NCBI GenBank assembly: GCA_964442255.1
Contig: CAYTYC010000002.1
Span: 730-64,729 of the forward strand
Length of the DNA stretch: 64,000 bases
Direction: 5' to 3'
Source: an uncultured archaeon
GTDB lineage: Archaea > Iainarchaeota > Iainarchaeia > Iainarchaeales > 1-14-0-10-31-34
Of this stretch, positions 9,701-17,390 are shown one piece after another. Under the pieces are notes generated by a model, which was not told the origin of the DNA, did no database searches, and saw only the letters and a program-made list of their open reading frames with translations. The position numbers and the translations under genes were made by a program. How positions within the stretch are numbered: position 1 is the first letter of the stretch; each line of letters begins with the position of its first letter.

Positions 9701-11270
9701 GAACGCTTTCGCTTCCACCGCCGGCCCGACCAATGACGCGGTGAAAAAAGTGGGGGAACAGATTGACCAGTTCGTTGAAAAGCCCTCCAAAAACCGTGTC
9801 GTGGAGGCAATACTTAAAACCCGGGGGCAGACTTCGGGAACGCTTTCCGCAATCGGGCTGTTTTATTACTGGGCGCAGGGAAACTCGGAAATGAATCCCT
9901 TAAAGTATTTGACTGAAGGCGATTTGCTTTTGCTTGACCATGACTCCAACACTTCCGTGAAACTTGACTTTGAAAAAGGCGAAATTGACGTGAACGGGGA
10001 AAAAATTGTGGACTCCGGGGACAACGTTAGAATGTCTTCAATTGACACCCGCATTCCGGGTGTTGTTGTTCCGCAAACCCTGGGCTCAGTCAGGCTGCCG
10101 AAGGACTCCAACGATTTGATGTTTGAAATGAATGCGGAAGGCGAATTAATTGTTTTGCTGGATGAAGTGAAGGACTGCCTGGTTGAGGGAATCCGCGGGC
10201 AAAAGGGAGGGAAATGGGGAACGGAAAATTTGAGCGACGTTTTTGGTTTGGTGAAAAGCGTTTCCACCGACGTTTACCCGAACATTTTTCCGAGGGACGG
10301 AAAAATTTTTGCTGAAGGAATCGGCCCCAGAAAAATCGCCTCCATGGAGGCAGGCGGAAAAATTCCTTTGCTGCAGATTCTGGCTGACAGGCGCTCCAAC
10401 CTTTTGGGGTCTGTGGATGGGGAGCCTTTTGTGGGAAGAATGGAGTCAATTCAAATGGAAAACGGTTACATGGTTTTCAAGCCTGAAACCAGTGAACTGC
10501 TTTTCTGGCTGCGCCGCCCCAAGGACGGAATACTGAACAAGGACGACATAACTGGGCTGAAACCGGCCCTTTCCCGTGAGCTTGGACCGGACGGATGCGA
10601 GGAACTGGGGCTTGACTTTGCAGTGCAGGCCGACCCCAATTCCCCGTATAAAACGGCTGCGGCAGAAAAATTTAACGCAATTCTCACCGATTACGGGCCT
10701 TTTGACGTGATTGACACTGAAAGGTTTTTGTTCATTTTTTATGAGGACGAGGACTGCAACCAGCACTTCAAGGTAATAGACAAGGAAACAGGGGAAGTGT
10801 ATGACTCAATTATTGACTCGATTTCCCAGACCCCTGAGGGAGTGCAGATTAAGACCCAGGACGGGAGAACGCATGACCTTTCCTTTAACGCCGAAAACGG
10901 CGTTCCAGGGGTTAACTACAATGGAATTGACTCCCTGATTAAGGCGATGATGGGCAAAAATGGTTCCTTCTGGTATGACCCGGAAACAGGGAACTGGTAC
11001 ACGGAAAACGGCCAAATTCTTCCCTTGCTTGAGGCCTTCAAACAGCACGGAATACAGACACAGGTCGGGGAAGACGGAAAAGTGCATTCAACGCCTGCAG
11101 GAAACGTGATGACCCTTAATATTGCTGCAGGCTCCCAGCAGCCCCCATGGGCCCTTCCATCAGTGCCGGAAAAGCTGTCCGAATTGTTGCCTTTCCTTGC
11201 GGTTTTGTTTTCTTTCCTTGCAGCAGTGTTTGTGCTGGTGAACCGGAAAAAAAGAATCCGGGCGCTTTAA
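6744..11270 (+). CDS. Giant (1508-aa) cell-surface protein with an N-terminal signal peptide and a C-terminal TM anchor plus basic tail. No recognisable catalytic motifs.
   Basis: The N-terminus MRAKKDFTVFLLVYLIAGSIFSPFAFA|QE looks like a signal peptide. The C-terminus is LPFLAVLFSFLAAVFVLVNRKKRIRAL. More than 20 N-x-S/T sequons are present. It is one uninterrupted ORF with uniform codon usage. Confidence 0.7.
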   Translation: MRAKKDFTVFLLVYLIAGSIFSPFAFAQENGMPGIDGISSVSPDFACSTKSLSREEVDAIHENVLQEGIVADELGSSAAQTPPEDRKEVENATLVDPGEAGGQVTAFQMPTRMMAPGEIAYLLNRSSTGAFSFGMLLNDSVRAGRCKDLNMDCPLVAGSLFLRNSGDGIKGDFMNVVDQVKEWTSDEKPNNLTEEQKAAMIVESEVYNDNNFTAQTFVRTPGKMIPNSLFTDSFTATMATSCDHYLCSITTYSMFDKYFNSWYSMDLTFANFGPTIVGGIWKAFGWSARRGFLDKFGLKWADKLRTTFSKPTDFLGKNRLARWKVEKDRYGLGSVWTPMIEPTTGASTAGYYALKGEPFRKWMNEIWQPDGLLGKIKDPKIKGHFYDSFAKWRGYVRTQTGLMDIERDRFYSRLKKLESQFPNGELRAWRSKEVGDVQFEALTPQARAAADAAQLEYSREFSKLMQRFDDDTSFDIPEWFARSKESGLWNAAVKQEGGEAVMPLMENSRHIQRIFGEFAEHGDFSTVSMKSFYKTADNAGNIVRGGKNLQLYRPSSHAVLAHEVGAEELKHAVAGGKYVENFAKLDTGEMMSITPGTLEIIERNTSGPIKIYTGGWEAAEVLTPNELARRINDYEFQTRLHTGLKENAERMMNTLKEREWKSRRYASLLDQAMMQEEQLIKSYFSVRGGAKWTAYPYAYYFMKKGLFQENLSGYMLPEQFYKVTYYTGEEAIYDDAFVDFFSNEGSDDGDMFIRIIKKFPWKIVLDEVSEHYNPIREYYDRFTKHLIRTKVGNLIYYAAGPEDCPECGISLKPTGLESFNASFKSNKELTSFILEDTPEDKEDEGQLLIAFGYHTNLKGEAPGGEGSPENIDLVKARKEGTTCGQKLEELFRGWDKASEFGAAVGGALAFSETLGYFLFHGSGIFGSAVTQIVLAPKFQDCVDDREGYYSHYFMPAEKEMEEKKDSEKNLEKNALSFFEGVKETWENAFASTAGPTNDAVKKVGEQIDQFVEKPSKNRVVEAILKTRGQTSGTLSAIGLFYYWAQGNSEMNPLKYLTEGDLLLLDHDSNTSVKLDFEKGEIDVNGEKIVDSGDNVRMSSIDTRIPGVVVPQTLGSVRLPKDSNDLMFEMNAEGELIVLLDEVKDCLVEGIRGQKGGKWGTENLSDVFGLVKSVSTDVYPNIFPRDGKIFAEGIGPRKIASMEAGGKIPLLQILADRRSNLLGSVDGEPFVGRMESIQMENGYMVFKPETSELLFWLRRPKDGILNKDDITGLKPALSRELGPDGCEELGLDFAVQADPNSPYKTAAAEKFNAILTDYGPFDVIDTERFLFIFYEDEDCNQHFKVIDKETGEVYDSIIDSISQTPEGVQIKTQDGRTHDLSFNAENGVPGVNYNGIDSLIKAMMGKNGSFWYDPETGNWYTENGQILPLLEAFKQHGIQTQVGEDGKVHSTPAGNVMTLNIAAGSQQPPWALPSVPEKLSELLPFLAVLFSFLAAVFVLVNRKKRIRAL

Positions 11271-11282
11271 AGTTTTTTTTTC
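11271..11282 (+). terminator. T-run terminator for the 1508-aa gene.
   Basis: A T9 run follows immediately after the TAA stop. Confidence 0.3.
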
Positions 11283-11413
11283 CGGCCTTTAAACCCAAAA
11301 TTGGCTGTAAAGAAAAAAAAGTTTTTTTTTGTTTGCTTTCTTTAACAACCCCTTTTCGGGAATCCCGCCTGTTTTAACGGGCGAATGAATTGTTTCCGTC
11401 AGGCCGTTTGCGG

Positions 11414-11428
11414 GAAAAAAAAAAATTC
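11414..11428 (-). terminator. T-run terminator for the convergent PAC2 gene.
   Basis: An A11 run on the plus strand (T11 on the minus strand) lies about 12 nt downstream of the PAC2 stop. Confidence 0.3.
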
Positions 11429-11437
11429 AGCGGATTT

Positions 11438-12184
11438 TTAAGTGTACATCGGGGTTTGTTCCTCGAATTTTTGTACAGTGGAATGCGTTTTCTTTAATTG
11501 CTCCAGCTGTTTCAGCAAATCTTTTTCGGTTTGCTGTGCCTCTTTCATCAGCGGCTCTGTCTTGATTTTTAGCCCCAGGATTCCGTTCAGTTTTTCAATT
11601 AATGCCGCGGCCGCTTTGTAGTCCGCCTGCAGGTTCACGTTTCCCAGTATGGAAAAAGCGTTGAAACGGGTTTTCCTTAACTCCAGCAGTATGAGCGCGG
11701 TTATTCCTGTTGTGATGCCTTCATCTATTATTTCCACATTGTGTTTTTCCATTTCTTTTCTTGATTCATCGTTTGCCGCTATTCCGTAAACTTTTTCGGT
11801 TTTCGGCTCTCCCGTGTTTATTCCCGCAAGGGAAATCACTTTCCCTATTTTTTTTTCGTTTATCCATTTTACGACCGCTTTCGCGACTTTTTCCGTGAAC
11901 TGCCTTGGAATTATTTGCTCGGAAATCAGCACAACCAGTTTTTTTTCTTCGTTCACGTAAATCCTTGAAGGGTAAACCGGAAAGCCCTTGTGTATTCGGA
12001 TTATGGGCACGAACACGTTTGCGTCCATGTGCCCTATTTCCCTGAATTTCAGCCTTTCCACCAGATACTTTGAGGCAATTGTCCCCACCAACCCCATTCC
12101 GGGAAAGCCTTCAATCAGCGTGTAGCCTGAAAGGTCTTTTTGCGTTGTTTCCGTGAAATTCACTTCAATGTGCTGCATGTTCAT
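11438..12184 (-). CDS. PAC2-family protein (proteasome assembly chaperone-like, PbaA/PbaB type).
   Basis: The N-terminal region has the GYTLIEGFPGMGLVGTIASKYLV motif (GFPGxGxVG) typical of PAC2/DUF75 proteins. Length is about 248 aa. Confidence 0.6.
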   Translation of the reverse strand: MNMQHIEVNFTETTQKDLSGYTLIEGFPGMGLVGTIASKYLVERLKFREIGHMDANVFVPIIRIHKGFPVYPSRIYVNEEKKLVVLISEQIIPRQFTEKVAKAVVKWINEKKIGKVISLAGINTGEPKTEKVYGIAANDESRKEMEKHNVEIIDEGITTGITALILLELRKTRFNAFSILGNVNLQADYKAAAALIEKLNGILGLKIKTEPLMKEAQQTEKDLLKQLEQLKKTHSTVQKFEEQTPMYT

Positions 12185-12279
12185 TCCAATCCACTATCAG
12201 GAAAGTTCAAAGTGTTATTAAAACCTTTCTTTTGAAACTGCTTTTTTTGGGGCAAAGCCTTTTGAAGTGCCTTGGAACT

Positions 12280-13308
12280 TCAGAAAAGGCATTTTTTCGG
12301 CGGCTTAGTTAAAACCCCTAAAAGAAGTTTGGTTGCGTTGTCTATGTCTTTTTTGTGCGCCACCCCTATGGTGGAATGCATGTTCCGGATTGGAACGCAT
12401 AAAACCGTTGAAGGCACTCCTCCGCGCGTCAGGCTGATGCTCATTGCATCGGTTGTCCCGCCTTCCGTTACCTCAAGCTGCAGCGGAATTTTCTCTTTTT
12501 TTGCTACTTCCGCAAACCACTGGTCAATGCACTGGTTTGTAATCATTTCCGCGTCCATTACCGTGAGGCAGGGCCCTTTTCCCAGGATTTTTGTTTTCTC
12601 GCCTTTTGCGTCGTCTGTTGTTGTTACGTCCACCGCAACCGCCCAATCCGGTTTGACCCTGTAAGCCGAGGTTTTTGCCCCATACAACCCCATTTCTTCC
12701 TGTACCGTGAACACAAAATAAATTTCTTCCCTTATTTTGCGCGCTTTTTTCGCCAATTCAATCAAAATACAGCATCCAATCCTGTCGTCCAATGCTTTCC
12801 CGGAAATTATTTCTTTGCTTCCCAGGTACTCGAATTTTTTTTCCGGAGTCAAATAGCTTCCCACTTTCACTCCCCTTGCCTGAAGCTCTTTTTTGTTCAG
12901 CCCCGTGTCCACGTAAAGTTCATCCATTCCCGGTATTTCCTCTATTTCGCTTCCTTCCTGGAGCTTGTGGCTTGTGATTACTCCGTGGATTTCGCTTTTG
13001 GTTGTCGCCACGTGCACTCTTTGCCCGACCAAGGTAATGGACTCCATTCCCCCAACCGCGGCAAACTTTATTTTTCCGTCTGAAGTTATTTTTCTCACCA
13101 TTATCCCTATTTCATCCATGTGCGCTGCAACCATTACCTTTGGGGAATGGCCTTTTTTTATCGCGATTAGGTTGCCCATTGAATCGGTTTTGATTTCGTC
13201 CACGTATTTCCTTATTTCCCTGCTGATAATTCTCCTCACAGAGTCCTCGTTTCCCGAGATTCCAAAGGCGTTGATTAATTCCCTTAAAAGCTTCATTTTC
13301 AACCACAT
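12280..13308 (-). CDS. M42-family (TET/FrvX-type) aminopeptidase.
   Basis: The N-terminus LLRELINAFGISGNEDSVRRII...SMGNLIA...KVMVAAHMDEIG has the metal-binding HxDE motif. D/E/H ligands lie downstream. The 342-aa length fits the family. Confidence 0.8.
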   Translation of the reverse strand: MWLKMKLLRELINAFGISGNEDSVRRIISREIRKYVDEIKTDSMGNLIAIKKGHSPKVMVAAHMDEIGIMVRKITSDGKIKFAAVGGMESITLVGQRVHVATTKSEIHGVITSHKLQEGSEIEEIPGMDELYVDTGLNKKELQARGVKVGSYLTPEKKFEYLGSKEIISGKALDDRIGCCILIELAKKARKIREEIYFVFTVQEEMGLYGAKTSAYRVKPDWAVAVDVTTTDDAKGEKTKILGKGPCLTVMDAEMITNQCIDQWFAEVAKKEKIPLQLEVTEGGTTDAMSISLTRGGVPSTVLCVPIRNMHSTIGVAHKKDIDNATKLLLGVLTKPPKKCLF

Positions 13309-13391
13309 AATAAAGGCGCAAAGTAGTATTTAATTTTTTTGAGTTGCCTCTTTTTTTCCTTGCGCGTTTCGGCCTTTTTTTTTCTGTCCAT

Positions 13392-14285
13392 TCACCCGAA
13401 CAGGAAGGCCGGGGGAATAAAGTAGAAGGCAAGGCTTAAGGGAAGCAGGAAAAGCGCATACACGAAGGATTTTTTGATGTTTCCTTCCTGCAGGGAAAGG
13501 AAAACGGCCGCCAGCAAAGCGTATTCAGCAACGTAAACCCGGGAGCCGAAAACAGCTGCCTGCAGGAGGGCTTCGCTTGCCTCTTTTCCTGCCCCTAATT
13601 CCCCCAAAAGTTCTGCGGGAAAATCCAGCCCCTGCACCAGCCCGGTGCTCAGCCCTATTATCAGGGGCACCACTATTCCGCCGGCAAAAATGAGGGTGAT
13701 TTTTTCTATCAGCAGACTGGACTGCTGTTCCCGGAAAATGTGCTGGGTTTCCAGCAAATCTTCAGCGGTTTCCCGCAGTAAGGAGCCCATGTCCGCTCCC
13801 GTTTTGTGCCCCACTGAAAGCAGTGAAGCCGCACGGGAAATGGCGGGGCTTCCGGATTCTTTTCCAAGCATTTGAAGCGCGTCTTCAGGCGAAACCCCTT
13901 TCCTTATTTTTGCCCCCGCCTTCAGGAAGTCTTTGGAAAGCGCCCCAAACGATTCTTTTCCCAGGTATTCAATTATTTCGCTTGTAGGGGTTTGCGGAGG
14001 AAAAACGCTTGCCTGCAGAAGCAAATCCGGCACCATTTCCTCTTTTTCTTTTTTCCGTTTTTCGGATGCATAGCCTTCCCACAACCCCTTCAATAATGCG
14101 GGAACAAAGAAAACAACCGGAAGAAAGCACAGCATCCAGTAAAATTCAAAAAACAGTGAAACAACAGCCCACCCGACAACCGCGGTCAGCCCGGGAAGCA
14201 GGAGAGAGTTTGCCGTTTCACCCGGTTCTTTCCTTTCTCCGGGAAACCTTTCCCGAAGACTTTTTTTCCAGGACTTTTCGCCCAA
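13392..14285 (-). CDS. Type IV pilus/archaellum platform protein, T2SSF-domain (TadC/FlaJ-half-like).
   Basis: Polytopic topology with a cytoplasmic domain between TM segments, as expected for GspF/TadC. It is adjacent to a second T2SSF-like gene and to the secretion ATPase. Confidence 0.6.
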   Translation of the reverse strand: MGEKSWKKSLRERFPGERKEPGETANSLLLPGLTAVVGWAVVSLFFEFYWMLCFLPVVFFVPALLKGLWEGYASEKRKKEKEEMVPDLLLQASVFPPQTPTSEIIEYLGKESFGALSKDFLKAGAKIRKGVSPEDALQMLGKESGSPAISRAASLLSVGHKTGADMGSLLRETAEDLLETQHIFREQQSSLLIEKITLIFAGGIVVPLIIGLSTGLVQGLDFPAELLGELGAGKEASEALLQAAVFGSRVYVAEYALLAAVFLSLQEGNIKKSFVYALFLLPLSLAFYFIPPAFLFG

Positions 14286-14294
14286 TTTTTTTTT

Positions 14295-15020
14295 TCACCT
14301 CAAATGCGCGGGGGTGCTGAAACGAATGAATGCAAGGATTGCCGCCGCAATGGACGGAAAGAAAACCGCCACAATAAGCAGAACTGCAATTGGGGTGAGG
14401 CTTAAATCCAGGAAAAGGCTGCCCGCAATAAGGAATACCTGGAACAGTGCGGGGGCAAGCGCGCTGAACGCGATGAACATAAGCGAGTAGAAGACGAGTT
14501 TTGAGGAAAACTTTTTTGACTCATGCTTTTGCTTCAAGAGTATTTCTTTCGCAATTTTTTTCAGGGGCTCTGCCCTGTTTTTTTTCTCTCCGCCGGCGTC
14601 CATTAGGCTTACAATCTGTGAAACCGCCCGCTTAAGCTCAAGTGAATTGTTTTTTTCCGCCATCCTTTTCAGCGCGTCCCTTGTGCTTGCCCCGCATTCC
14701 CTGATTTCTTTCCCGCATTTTTTGAATTCCTTGCCTGCCTTTTCGTATCCTTCTTTCCCGACTGCTTCAATTCCTTCCTCTATTTCCAGCCCTGTGTTCA
14801 GCTTTACCGCCAAAGAAAGCAGGGCCAGGGGAAGCGCTGCCTCCAGTTCCTGCGTTTCCCTTTCTTTTTTGAGTTTTGGGTGAAGGAATTCCGTGAACGC
14901 GCAATATCCTCCGGCAACAATTCCCGCGGCAACAAGGCTTAATGTAAGCTCCCGTAAAGCCAGTGAAGCCAGAAACCATGCCCCCGGAAAAAGTAGCGCA
15001 AGAAAAAACTTTTTTTCCAT
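14295..15020 (-). CDS. Type IV pilus/archaellum platform protein, T2SSF-domain (TadB/FlaJ-half-like).
   Basis: N-terminal TM hairpin, cytoplasmic helical domain, and C-terminal TM bundle. It abuts the ATPase gene (stop/start adjacent at 15020/15021). Confidence 0.55.
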   Translation of the reverse strand: MEKKFFLALLFPGAWFLASLALRELTLSLVAAGIVAGGYCAFTEFLHPKLKKERETQELEAALPLALLSLAVKLNTGLEIEEGIEAVGKEGYEKAGKEFKKCGKEIRECGASTRDALKRMAEKNNSLELKRAVSQIVSLMDAGGEKKNRAEPLKKIAKEILLKQKHESKKFSSKLVFYSLMFIAFSALAPALFQVFLIAGSLFLDLSLTPIAVLLIVAVFFPSIAAAILAFIRFSTPAHLR

Positions 15021-16556
15021 TTAATTTACTTCCTCCAAAAATTGTTTTGCGGTCAGGCCTTTTTTCGCCATTTTTTCCAGCAGTTTTTTTCTTTTCCTGA
15101 TTTCTTTTTGAATTCCTTTTTTGTTTGCCCCAAAGCATTTTTCCAGTGCAGGCAAAACTTTTTTTGGCGAAAATTTTTTCTCCCATTTTTTTTTCCTGTG
15201 GCTGTACTCCCAAAGGGGGTTTAATTCAAGTTTTCCTTCCGGGTTTAGGCATATTTCCGCTATTTCCGCCACTTTCCTTTCCTGTCTTCTTGTCCTGTTC
15301 TCCAAATCCTCTTTTCCCCACCTTTTTTGCACCACAATTAAGTCCATTCCGCCCAATTCAGTTTCATTTATTCCGAATGATTTCAGCCTGTTCACTGTTT
15401 CCCTTGCGCTTTGCGCGTGAAAGGTTGCGGCGCTTCCTTTTCCCTGCCCTGCAAGCAGCGTGTCCGCCATTGCTTTTGCTTCCTCCGGTTTTCTCACTTC
15501 CCCGACAATTATCCTGTCCGGGCGCATCCGCAGCGTTTCGTATATCAGCCCTGACATTGACGCCTTTTTTTCTTCCCCTGTCGTCAGCCTTGCCCAGTGT
15601 TTTTGGGGAAGCCTTAATTCAAGGGTTTCCTCAACGGAAACAATTCGTTCTTCCCGTGGAATAAAGTAAAACAATGCGTTTAGCGTGGTGGTTTTTCCCG
15701 AGGAAGTGTTTCCCGCAACAATTATGCTTGTGTCCGCAAGAAGCGCCATCCAAAGGAACGCCAATTGTTCCGCGTCAATTGTTTCCGTTGAAATCAGGTC
15801 CAGGGGAGTGAAGGGGGTGGGCGAAAATTTCCGTATGTTCAGGCTTGCGCCTTTCGCGCTTAACGGGGAAATGATTGCCTTTATTCTTGAGCCGTCCTTT
15901 AAGTGGGCGTTCAGGCTTGGCCGGCTTAAGCTAATTCTTCTCCCCGAGCCCAGCGCCATCCTGTTCACCAAGTCAATGAAGTTTTTTTCGCCTGGAATGT
16001 AAATGTTTGTTTCGCTCCACCCCATTCCCGCAAGAAACGCCCGGACAGGGTTTTCTTGCCCGAAGCCGGAAACGGTTATTTCCTCTATTTCTTGGTCTTC
16101 CATGAGCGCGTTTAATGGCCCAAAGCCGTAGACAAGCGAGTCCGCCATTTCAGGCAGGGTTTCTTTCTGTTCTTCGCTTAACTGTATGCCGTTTTTTTCG
16201 CAGTATTCCCTGAAAGTGAGCTTCAGTTCTTTTTCTTTTCCGTTTTCCGTTTCCTTTGACTGGAATTCTTTCACGGCTTCCTTAACCAGAAGCGCTTCCT
16301 GCGCGCTTAATTCCTGCCATCCCTGGACTGCGTAATAAAGTGAGCCGTTTTCCTGTTTTCTCAGCTCTTTTCCTTCTTCTTTTCTTATCAGCCTTTCGCC
16401 GTTGAATTGCCTGCAAATTATTCCCCACCCGAGCGCTTTCCCTATTTCCTTGGTTCTTTTCCCGCATTCCGGCAGGCATTCACTGCACTCTTCACAGCTT
16501 TTTTCTTCTTCCACAAAAGAATTCGGAGAACCGGAGAGCCTTTTAAACTCTTTCAT
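15021..16556 (-). CDS. FlaI/TadA/VirB11-family secretion ATPase for type IV pilus-like assembly, with an N-terminal Cys4 motif.
   Basis: Walker A is IIVAGNTSSGKTTTLNAL. The Asp/His boxes and the overall length are typical of the family. The N-terminus carries CEECSECLPEC (CxxCxxCxxxC). The ORF track extends to 16625 through a GC-rich spacer; the ATG at 16556 (MKEFKRL) is preferred. Confidence 0.85.
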   Translation of the reverse strand: MKEFKRLSGSPNSFVEEEKSCEECSECLPECGKRTKEIGKALGWGIICRQFNGERLIRKEEGKELRKQENGSLYYAVQGWQELSAQEALLVKEAVKEFQSKETENGKEKELKLTFREYCEKNGIQLSEEQKETLPEMADSLVYGFGPLNALMEDQEIEEITVSGFGQENPVRAFLAGMGWSETNIYIPGEKNFIDLVNRMALGSGRRISLSRPSLNAHLKDGSRIKAIISPLSAKGASLNIRKFSPTPFTPLDLISTETIDAEQLAFLWMALLADTSIIVAGNTSSGKTTTLNALFYFIPREERIVSVEETLELRLPQKHWARLTTGEEKKASMSGLIYETLRMRPDRIIVGEVRKPEEAKAMADTLLAGQGKGSAATFHAQSARETVNRLKSFGINETELGGMDLIVVQKRWGKEDLENRTRRQERKVAEIAEICLNPEGKLELNPLWEYSHRKKKWEKKFSPKKVLPALEKCFGANKKGIQKEIRKRKKLLEKMAKKGLTAKQFLEEVN

Positions 16557-16723
16557 TCGCTTATTGCCGTGCCGGCTGTTCCCGGCAGTGGAATCCCGCC
16601 TGCTCGCGGGAGTGGAGTGTGCCATACTCCGTATGGCACTGGCTCGGCTTTCGCCTCGCTATCATGCCTGTTTTCGTCCGGCCGGGAGTGAGAGAGAGGC
16701 GTAATTAGAACGGCAGTTGCCCC
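16557..16723 (-). promoter_or_regulatory. GC-rich structured intergenic element between the nucleotidyltransferase stop and the ATPase start. It may be a 5'UTR, an attenuator, or a small RNA.
   Basis: The 167-nt spacer is far GC-richer than other intergenic DNA. It holds a perfect 9-bp hairpin GTGCCATAC-TCC-GTATGGCAC (16619-16639) and a CCCGC-CTGCTC-GCGGG hairpin (16596-16611). No T-run terminator is present. Confidence 0.3.
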
Positions 16724-17197
16724 CTACCGCCCGCGTATTTTTTTCAGCGTTTCAGAAGTCGAGTAGCCCGGCACCTTTTTTTCCAAAACAATTTTGCACC
16801 CAATCCTTTCAAGCGCTTCCCTCTCCCCTTTATCCAGCGTCTCCAGAGCGTAGTCCCCGCCTTTAACGTACACCTGCGGCTTTAGCTCTTCAATGAGGGA
16901 AGTGATTCTTTCCTCCGGAAACACGACCACAAAATCGACTGCCTGCAGGCCTGCAAGGACAATTGCCCTGCTTTTTTCGTTGTTTAAGGGCCTGCCTTTG
17001 CCCTTTAATTTCCTGACGGATTCATCCCCGTTTAATGCAACCACCAAACAATCCCCTTTTGCCCGCGCTTTTTCCAGGTACTGCACGTGCCCTGCGTGCA
17101 ATAAATCAAAGCACCCGTTTGTCAACACAATGCGCTTAAACTTTTCACCCAGGTCTTTGAGATTTTTCCTTGGAATAATTTTTTCTTTGGCCTGCAT
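16724..17197 (-). CDS. Sugar-1-phosphate nucleotidyltransferase, RfaE domain II-like (D-beta-D-heptose-1-P adenylyltransferase type). Standalone, with no kinase domain.
   Basis: The sequence has TNGCFDLLHAGHVQYLEKARAKGDCLVVALNGDESVRKLKGKGRPLNNEKSR...VDFVVVFPEE...VKGGDY. These match the (H/T)xGH cytidylyltransferase-fold motif and the RfaE-II signature RLKGxxRP...VDxVxxF.E...VKGGDY. Confidence 0.8.
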   Translation of the reverse strand: MQAKEKIIPRKNLKDLGEKFKRIVLTNGCFDLLHAGHVQYLEKARAKGDCLVVALNGDESVRKLKGKGRPLNNEKSRAIVLAGLQAVDFVVVFPEERITSLIEELKPQVYVKGGDYALETLDKGEREALERIGCKIVLEKKVPGYSTSETLKKIRGR

Positions 17198-17339
17198 ATT
17201 GAATCCCGTAAAAAAGAAGCCTGTTTAGGTTTTTTTAACCCTTTCCAAAGGTTTTTTTTTTTCCTGCCTTGGCTCGGCGGTCGGGCGTGTTGAAGGTGCC
17301 AGTCCGTGCGTTGGCATGAAATGTTTAATTTCCTGTAAT

Positions 17340-17390
17340 GCGCGTAAAAAACAAAAAAAAATAGAAAAAGCGAAGGCTTACGCCTTCTTT
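17340..17390 (-). terminator. Intrinsic-type terminator (hairpin plus T-tract) for the 664-aa surface-protein gene.
   Basis: The GAAGGC-TTAC-GCCTTC hairpin (17372-17387) spans the TAA stop codon. On the minus strand it is followed by GCTTTTTCTATTTTTTTTTGTTTTTT. Confidence 0.5.

Noticed and set aside
7103-10766. Many 60-140-aa ORFs on the minus strand inside the 1508-aa gene, and similar antisense ORFs inside other long genes (for example 7103-7435, 7973-8493, 10090-10449, 10446-10766, 24172-24630, 31018-31785, 43470-44206).
   Set aside because: They are shadow ORFs antisense to long genes with coherent codon usage. They have no start context and low-complexity, Pro/Arg/Ser-rich translations.
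11358-11371. The exact 13-mer GGAATCCCGCCTG is shared between the 11.3-kb intergenic region and 16589-16602.
   Set aside because: Tens of exact 13-mer repeats are expected by chance in 64 kb. It is noted only because both copies sit in hairpin-forming intergenic DNA, and it is not significant on its own.
16402-16704. ORFs 16402-16704 and 16407-16691 on the plus strand in the GC-rich spacer.
   Set aside because: Both overlap each other and the ATPase 5' region on the opposite strand. They are open only because the spacer is GC-rich, and they have no start context.
16557-16723. A possible tRNA in the GC-rich spacer. The sequence GGAATCCCGCC resembles a T-loop/T-stem tail.
   Set aside because: Attempts to fold a cloverleaf on either strand fail. 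There is no D-arm, no anticodon arm, and no GTTC-type T-loop. It is treated as a structured regulatory spacer instead.
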